Assembly: GCA_050613775.1 (NCBI GenBank)
Contig: JBODTK010000015.1
Coordinates: 992,001 to 1,056,000, forward strand
Source: Neocallimastix sp. 'constans'
Lineage: Eukaryota
Length of the DNA: 64,000 nt
Reading direction: 5' to 3'
The first letter of the stretch is position 1, and each line of letters starts with the position of its first letter. Of the stretch, positions 56,575-64,000 are shown one piece after another. The notes beneath the pieces were generated by a model that saw only the letters and a list, made by a program, of their open reading frames with translations, was not told the origin of the DNA and searched no databases. The translations under genes and the position numbers were made by a program.

Positions 56575-57025
56575 GAAAAAACCATAAAAAATTTTTTTAA
56601 TTCTTTTTAATTTTTTGTGTAAACTTTGGCAACAACAAAGAAAAAAATATTTTTTTGTACTTTAGTTTATATTATTTAAATATTTGTCATTTTATTTATT
56701 TCATTTTGTTTAAAAATTTGAATATTTTGAATAATAATAAATAAAAATTAAAAAATAATTAATAAAAACCACAACATTAATAATAATTGAATAATAAATA
56801 ATAAATAATAAAAAGAGTATTTATTAATAAATAATAAATAATAAATAATAAAAAGAGTATTTATTAATAAATAATAAATAATAAATAATAAAAAGAGTAT
56901 TTATTAATAAATAATAAATAATAAATAATAAAAAGAGTATTTATTAATAAATAATAAATAATAAATAATAAAAAGAGTATTTATTAATAAATAATAAATA
57001 ATAAATAATTGAATAATAAATAATA
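55420..57025. repeat. TTATTTA-based satellite arranged as a large inverted repeat
   Basis: Left arm 55420-56500: (ttattta)n with aataaatactctttt spacers (40-bp unit). Right arm 56780-57025: four regularly spaced aaaagagtatttatt spacers in the opposite orientation. Confidence 0.9.
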
Positions 57026-57413
57026 ATATTTAATATAAATAAATAGTAAAATACAAATAATATCCATAATTAATATAAAAAGTAATAATTATTAATAAAT
57101 ATTTATAATTACTGCTATTAAATAATATCCAATATTAATAAATTATTAATAAATATTATTAAATAAATAAATAATTGAATAACAAATAAAAAATGATATT
57201 GATAAACTTTATATAATAACAAATAAAAAAAAATAATGATAAACCTTTTCACTACTAATGAAAAAAAAAATATTAATTCATTGTTCATCCAAAGATTTTT
57301 CAAATAATAAATAATTTTATTTTCTATTAATTTTAAACAATTAATTATAAAATTTAATGTTTAGTATTAAAGAAATAAAATAAAATAAAATAAAATAAAA
57401 TAAAATAAAATAA

Positions 57414-57524
<111 letters not shown>

Positions 57525-58509
57525 CATCCTTTTGGTTAATGAAATCATTTTATTTATTTATGATTTATTTGTTCTTTTCTTTATATAATTAAATTTACTA
57601 TTAGTAAATTTTATTTTTTATTTTATTTTTTTATTTTATTTTATTTTTTTTTTAATTTTAGTTTTAATTTTAATTTGTAGTTTTTAATTTACTTTTGAAT
57701 TACTTCACCCTAAATAAATTTTTTTTTTTATTTTTACTATATGTTTTACTTTTTTTATAGGAGTAAATCATCTTTTTGAATCCACACCAAAAAAAAATTA
57801 TTAATAATAAAAATTAATAATAAAAATTAATAATAATCCTTAATAATAAAAATTAATAATAATGATGATGATAATATCTGATTTACTTATTTTAGGAGTA
57901 AATTAAATTGTTGAATTCATATAATAAAGAAAAAAAATATATGTATAAATATATAATGTACGATCTACTCAATAGGAGTTAAGAATGTTTTAATCCTTAA
58001 ATTAAGGAAAAAATATTTAATAAAAAAGGATAATTATGAACTACGTTTAAATGTATGAAACTAATTTAGAGGAGTATGTTAAACTAACTAACTAACAAAA
58101 AAAAAAAAAATTATTCTTAATGTAGGATAAATAATTTAAAATTTAAAGATGTTATAATTAACTATTATGAAAACTTTTCTAGCTTTAAATATTGTTTTTT
58201 TTATAATAATATTTATTATTTTTTTTTTTTACATATTAAATTTTATATAAAAAAATTAATCCATTATTAATATCAATATCTTTGATAATAAATTTAAAAT
58301 AATAATAATAATAATAATATAATAACAGTACTTTAATCAAATCTTTTTTTTTTTTTTTCTAAATTCTTATACTTATTGTTATGATGAAAAGTCAATAAAT
58401 AAATTAAATAATTTTTAATTTATATCTCTATACCAAAGACTTTTACTTTCTATTATATATTACAGTGTATTATAATTAAGTGGATTTGAAATTTAATAGT
58501 ATATTAAAA

Positions 58510-59130
58510 TTGAATTATTTATTATTTATTATTTATTATTTATTATTTATTATTTATTATTTATTATTCCATTATTATTATTTATTATTTATTATTTATT
58601 ATTTATTATTTATTATTAATTATTTTATTTATTATTTATTATTTATTATTTATTAATAAATACTTTTTTATTATTTATTATTTATTATTTATTATTTATT
58701 ATTTTATTATTTATTATTTATTTATTATTTATTATTTATTATTTATTATTTATTATTTATTATTTATTATTTATTATTTATTATTTATTATTTATTATTT
58801 ATTATTTATTATTTATTATTTATTATTTAATTATTTATTATTTATTATTTATTATTTATTATTTATTATTTATTATTTATTATTTTATTATTTATTATTT
58901 ATTTATTATTTATTATTTATTATTTATTATTTATTATTTATTATTTATTATTTATTATTTATTATTTATTATTTATTATTTATTATTTATTATTTATTAT
59001 TTAATTATTTATTATTTATTATTTATTATTTATTATTTATTATTTATTATTTATTATTTATTATTTATTATTCAATTATTTATTATTATTTATTTAATTA
59101 TTTATTAAATATTATTTATTATTTATTAGT
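58510..59130. repeat. (TTATTTA)n heptamer satellite
   Basis: Long 7-bp period array including the same aataaatact spacer near 58655. Related arrays occur at 25090-25350 and 47860-48100. Confidence 0.9.
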
Positions 59131-59813
59131 AACTTTAATATTTAATTATTAAATAATTTTTTTTTCTTTTTTTCTTTTTTTTTTGTTCAAATTTAAATAC
59201 ATAAAACATCATATATTACAATATATTCTATCTATAATATTAATTATATTATAATTAATAAAAAAAAGAATTTCTTATTTATTACTTTTATATTTTATAA
59301 TTTATTTTTTTTTTATATCTTATTATTAATATTAAAAAGAGATATTTTGATAATATAAATATAGAATAAAAGAATTTTTTTTTTTATATTTTAATAATTT
59401 TTTATTTTATATATCTATTATTTTATAATTTCAAACCGATTATTTTAAAGTGATTATTATTGCTGAAAATATAGCGATAGTTAATTATTATATTATAATA
59501 TTATATTTTATTTTATTTTTAAAAAAGAATAATTAATAAAAAAGAAATAAAATAAAGTAATAATATTAATAAAAAAGAAAAGAAATTTAAAATAATAAAA
59601 TGTAAAAGTATTTTTTTTTTTTTTTTATTTTTATTTTTATTTGATAGTATCATTTTTGCCATTTCGGTATAAAATTCAAAGAAATTTCTAAATAAATAGA
59701 TAAAAAAAAAAAAGGAAAAATCAGTTAATTAACAAGTAATTTAAATATTTAATCTCGGAAAATCTGTTATCCATAAAAAAGAAAAAGAAAAGAAATACAC
59801 AACAAAATAATAC

Positions 59814-59844
<31 letters not shown>

Positions 59845-60750
59845 ATAATAATAAATAAATAAATAGTAGTAATAAAAGAAAAATTTAATATATAATATCT
59901 AATACCATCTTCAATATTATCAATATTATATATTAAATTATCTCATTTCTTATTTTTATTTTACTAATTTTAAAAAAAGAATTTTTTATTTTTATAATTT
60001 TATAATATTCCAACTTTATATATATATATATGTATATTTTTTTTCTTATTTTATTTTTTCTTTTATTCATCATTTTAGAAACACAATTTTAAAGTTGGGC
60101 ACATAAATTTCAATATTAATATTTAATAATTTTTAAAGTATATATATATTTTAATTTCATATATATATAAGCATTATATAAAAGCGAATATATCCCTTTA
60201 TTAATAACTAATAAAAATTAATATCGTCATTAAAAATAAGAATCATTTTTAAAAAAAAAAAAAAAAAAAAAATATAAACTATAAACTAAAAAAAAAAAAA
60301 AATAAATATATGTATAATTATATTATATAATATTATTTTTTTTATTGACAATAATAAAGTGATATCAAAAAAGGTTACCCGAATATATATATATATATAT
60401 ATTTTTTTTTACTTTTTATTATTAATAATAAATTAATAAGTAAAAATAAACTATTCACTTCAAATGTAAACTCATTTTATTTAAAAAAAAAAAAAAAAAA
60501 AAAAAGCAAGATATAAATTCATTAATTTGATATTAAAATATTAAATATATATATATATAAATACCCACTTTATTATTATTATTATTATTAAATATTAAAT
60601 AATAACTATTATAAAGTAAATAATAATAATAATAATAATTTAAAACATTAAAATAAATCAACTATATATATATTTCAAAACAAAAACGAAAAAAAAAAAA
60701 AAATAATAATAATAATATACATAATAAGTAAATAAATAAATAAAGTCAAG

Positions 60751-61245
60751 ATGTCATATTGGGATATAATAGAGTCTTCATCAGGATATATTGTTTTTGG
60801 GATATTTTCTATTATAGCCATTATATATATGGTGAAATTTTCTATTGAAATCGATGAAGCAAGGTTTAGACAACAACTTATTTCAAACTATAAAACAGAG
60901 AATCTATCTAGTACTCATAACTCACCACAAGGAAATAATAATATAAGATATTCAACTCAAATAAATACTTCATTTGGACCTATGGATAGTGCAAATACCT
61001 CGTTTTCAAGTCCACAATTACCATATACCTCTAATGGTAATAATGTTAATAATGTTAATACACTTCCACCAAATAGTTCACGTCCTAAAAATGTATTAAT
61101 TCCACCAAGAAAAACTAATTTAGTTTCACCTGTTTCTCCTGTTAGCAATCAATATGGTAATTATTTACCAACTAATAATTTCCGTAATTCCCTTTCACAA
61201 GCTAATCGACACTCACGGCAATATCTTCTTAATAACAATTATTAA
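60751..61245 (+). CDS. Small protein with an N-terminal TM anchor and a disordered N/S/P-rich tail, 164 aa
   Basis: Clean ATG..TAA frame with coding-like composition; hydrophobic YIVFGIFSIIAIIYMV; tail has SP motifs (VSPVSPV). Confidence 0.8.
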   Translation: MSYWDIIESSSGYIVFGIFSIIAIIYMVKFSIEIDEARFRQQLISNYKTENLSSTHNSPQGNNNIRYSTQINTSFGPMDSANTSFSSPQLPYTSNGNNVNNVNTLPPNSSRPKNVLIPPRKTNLVSPVSPVSNQYGNYLPTNNFRNSLSQANRHSRQYLLNNNY

Positions 61246-61249
61246 GAAG

Positions 61250-61284
<35 letters not shown>

Positions 61285-61475
61285 TTAATAAATCCATATA
61301 TTTAATCCATTCTTTAATAAGAATGAATAACTAAATTAATGATAATAATAATAATAAAAATAAAAAAAAAAAAAAAAAATAAAAAAAAAGATAAATAATA
61401 AAAAAAAGATTTAAATTTATTTGGAAATGGAAATATATTGAGAAAAAATATTAAAATATTTATTTATGATAATAC

Positions 61476-61514
<39 letters not shown>

Positions 61515-61754
61515 AATTATATATATAAAAGAAATTATATATATATAAGTAAAAATAAAATAAAATAAAATATAATAAATAAATAAATAAATAAATAGAA
61601 AAAAAAAAAAAAATAAAAAATAAATTAATTAATTAATTAATTATTGGTATTTATTATTGAAATTTATTTATTTTTAGTTTAATTAATATTGTGGTTTTTA
61701 TTATCATAATTGTAGTTGATGTTATTATAACTAAGATTATTATTACGATTATTA

Positions 61755-62367
61755 TTGTTGATTGATAATAGTTATAATAGTAATTGTAATAATAGTAATA
61801 GTAATAATAGTTATAGTATTACTAGTAATAGTATTTTTAGTAATGTTAGTAATAGTATTGAAAATAATATGTATATTGATTCTAGTGTGTGTGAAAAAGT
61901 GTTTAATTTCCTTCTTGGAGGTCGAAGTATTAATAACAGTACAAGGGAATGGGAGGATCTATTTAAGTGCCAGATGAAATCAGGTGCTTATTCTGATACT
62001 CCATTCTTGGTGGTTACTACGGCACTTCTCCAATCGATTATACCTATTGCTATTGGCCAGCAATGGTCTTTGTTCAATAGGTTCAAATCGAATCGTACTA
62101 CTACTACCAAGAGCGTCAATGCTGAAGAAACAGTAAGACAGGCCAGCAGGGCTAGCGCAACCAATGAAGATCATAATTTTGTTTCTTAAAATTATGATAA
62201 ACATTGCGAAGTCAAAATTAATTATTATACTTCAGTATAAATAATGCCCTTGTGAAGTCTTACAAATATTAATTAAATGAAACAAGAATATATTATACCA
62301 TTATTTTATTTTGTGTTTTATTTTTTTGTTTATTTTTTTTATCTTTTTTTTTTTTTTTTTATTTTAT
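61755..62367 (+). mobile_element. 5'-truncated LINE-like element: ORF C-terminus, 3' UTR and T-rich tail
   Basis: No ATG context (track start is TTG); an N/S-rich stretch leads into VFNFLLGGRS..EDHNFVS*. Homologous pieces lie at 35520-35930, 36787 and 41420-41541. After cc (62298-62299) comes a T-rich run to 62367. Confidence 0.7.
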
Positions 62368-62420
62368 TACATGTATTTTATCAAATATTTAATTAATAAA
62401 GATGAAACAAGTTTGCTGCC

Positions 62421-62470
<50 letters not shown>

Positions 62471-62503
62471 TGTTGATTGAAGATGAAAAAGAAAAGAATA
62501 AGT

Positions 62504-62538
<35 letters not shown>

Positions 62539-62783
62539 AAATCATTAGATTTTATCAATGACTTTTTTTTTTTTATTTTATTTTTTTTTTATTATTAATT
62601 TTGTTTGGATGTTAAAATAAAAGAAATTAACCTTTATTCTCTTCCTTCCTATTCATCAAGTTTAGATTGATGAACGTTCAAATTAATGAATATATTTTTA
62701 GGTTTCCTTCTTGATGATTCTTATAGATGAGCTAGAATTATAAGTTACCTTGGAGAACAAATCATCTTTTTAAAAAGAACCTC

Positions 62784-62820
<37 letters not shown>

Positions 62821-62881
62821 TATTTAAAAAAGAGTTTCCAGGTCTAATGTTCCATCTATGGTTAGCCTCACTCACAGATTA

Positions 62882-62917
<36 letters not shown>

Positions 62918-63068
62918 CAATACTATTACCAGTCATTAGTAACTCTCTAAAAAATTATTATTACATTTATAACTAATGATACATTTAAACTTGTTAGTAA
63001 ATAATGTAAATTGTTTCATAATTTATATAAAGATTCAGTATTTTCAGTTAAAATTTTTCTTGTAGGCT

Positions 63069-63113
<45 letters not shown>

Positions 63114-64000
63114 AATTTTCTCTATTAGGCTATTTTTATTTATTTATTTTTTTTTCAAAATAAATATGATTTTTTTAATAAAAAGTACAAAGAATCAGGT
63201 TAAGTTACCTTTCTTTAATAATTTTATGTTTTTTTTTTTTTTTTATGTTATCTATTCCCCCTCCCCTAAAATACAAATTTCTATTTGGGTTTTATATATA
63301 AGAAGTTATAATTATTAAATTTCTATCATTAATATATTAATGATAAGAAAATATTCAAACTTCTTGAATATCTTGCAATCATTAAGTATAGTTTATAGAT
63401 GGATAAACATATCATTTAAATATCTCTTTAGTATTTTCCTTAAACTTTTTGTCATCTATATTAATGATATCAAAATTTGGATTTACTTTAGTTTTAATTA
63501 TAAAGATTAAATATAATAAAGGCATGTTTAATTGTTTGAATAAATTTCAATATTTCATTAGATATGTTTTTTTTTTTTTTTTAAATATATGTTTTAATAA
63601 AAAAAAAATTGAAAAAATCATCTATGAAATTTGGAGTAACATATTTATCTGGAGCAGTAGATTTTTAAAATTTTGTTGTTTTTTTTGAAGAAAAATTTTT
63701 CTATTAATACATCCATTCTTCTTCAATTGATGAGTAAAAGTAATACCCTTTTTAATTTCATTTTCTTTTCGTATTAAATTTTATATTCGTGAAGTTATTA
63801 AATAGAAATCATTTGTATAAAATATCTTTACATTTAATTGACATTAATTTTACAATAATGTTAACATAGAATTAATCTTTATTATTCTGATATATTTACA
63901 GAATGATATTAATATTTGTATATTTTAATGAATATATTATTATGTAATATATAAATAAAAAGTAATTTACAAACTAAATTACTAAGCAATATATAAATAT

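Noticed and set aside
57700..58080. Recurrent taggagt(a) motifs
   Set aside because: Too short and irregular to define terminal repeats or a regulatory element.
62620..63900. Broken coding-like minus-strand segments (e.g. KSTAPDKYVTPNFIDD, NFDIINIDDKKFKENTKEIF)
   Set aside because: Probably transposon debris, but I recognise no diagnostic motif and cannot set boundaries.

Overview
Extremely AT-rich, intron-containing eukaryotic DNA. Fungal-type (CBM10-like) dockerins on a secreted protein point to an anaerobic gut fungus (Neocallimastigomycota); this is inference. By hand I reconstructed seven spliced gene models that close in frame, plus two single-exon ORFs. They are: a RING-H2 protein (460-4423, -); a degenerate DPBB/RlpA-like type I membrane protein (7651-9431, -); Ada3 (14804-17715, +); a 3xRRM protein with a SPOC-like C-terminus (20324-22348, -), head-to-head with a ZC4H2-like coiled-coil protein that lacks the zinc finger (23093-23955, +); a ~1630-aa non-RD CK1-like kinase with a C-terminal kinase domain (28461-34567, +); a triple-dockerin swollenin (37925-40123, +); a 4-TM protein (43914-44594, -); and a small TM-anchored protein (60751-61245, +). 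Mobile DNA includes a decayed Ty1/copia element with both LTRs (50240-54794, -), a possible second copia 5' remnant, and several fragments of one LINE-like family. Many hairpins, tandem duplications and TTATTTA satellites are also present. The most unusual signals are the copia primer-binding site, which matches the anticodon arm of tRNA-Lys(CUU) in half-tRNA register; the SPEN/RBM15-like and ZC4H2-like gene pair; AAG at 10 of 26 inferred intron acceptors; and LINE 3' ends followed by T-rich tails. All family assignments rest on recalled motifs; no database searches were run.
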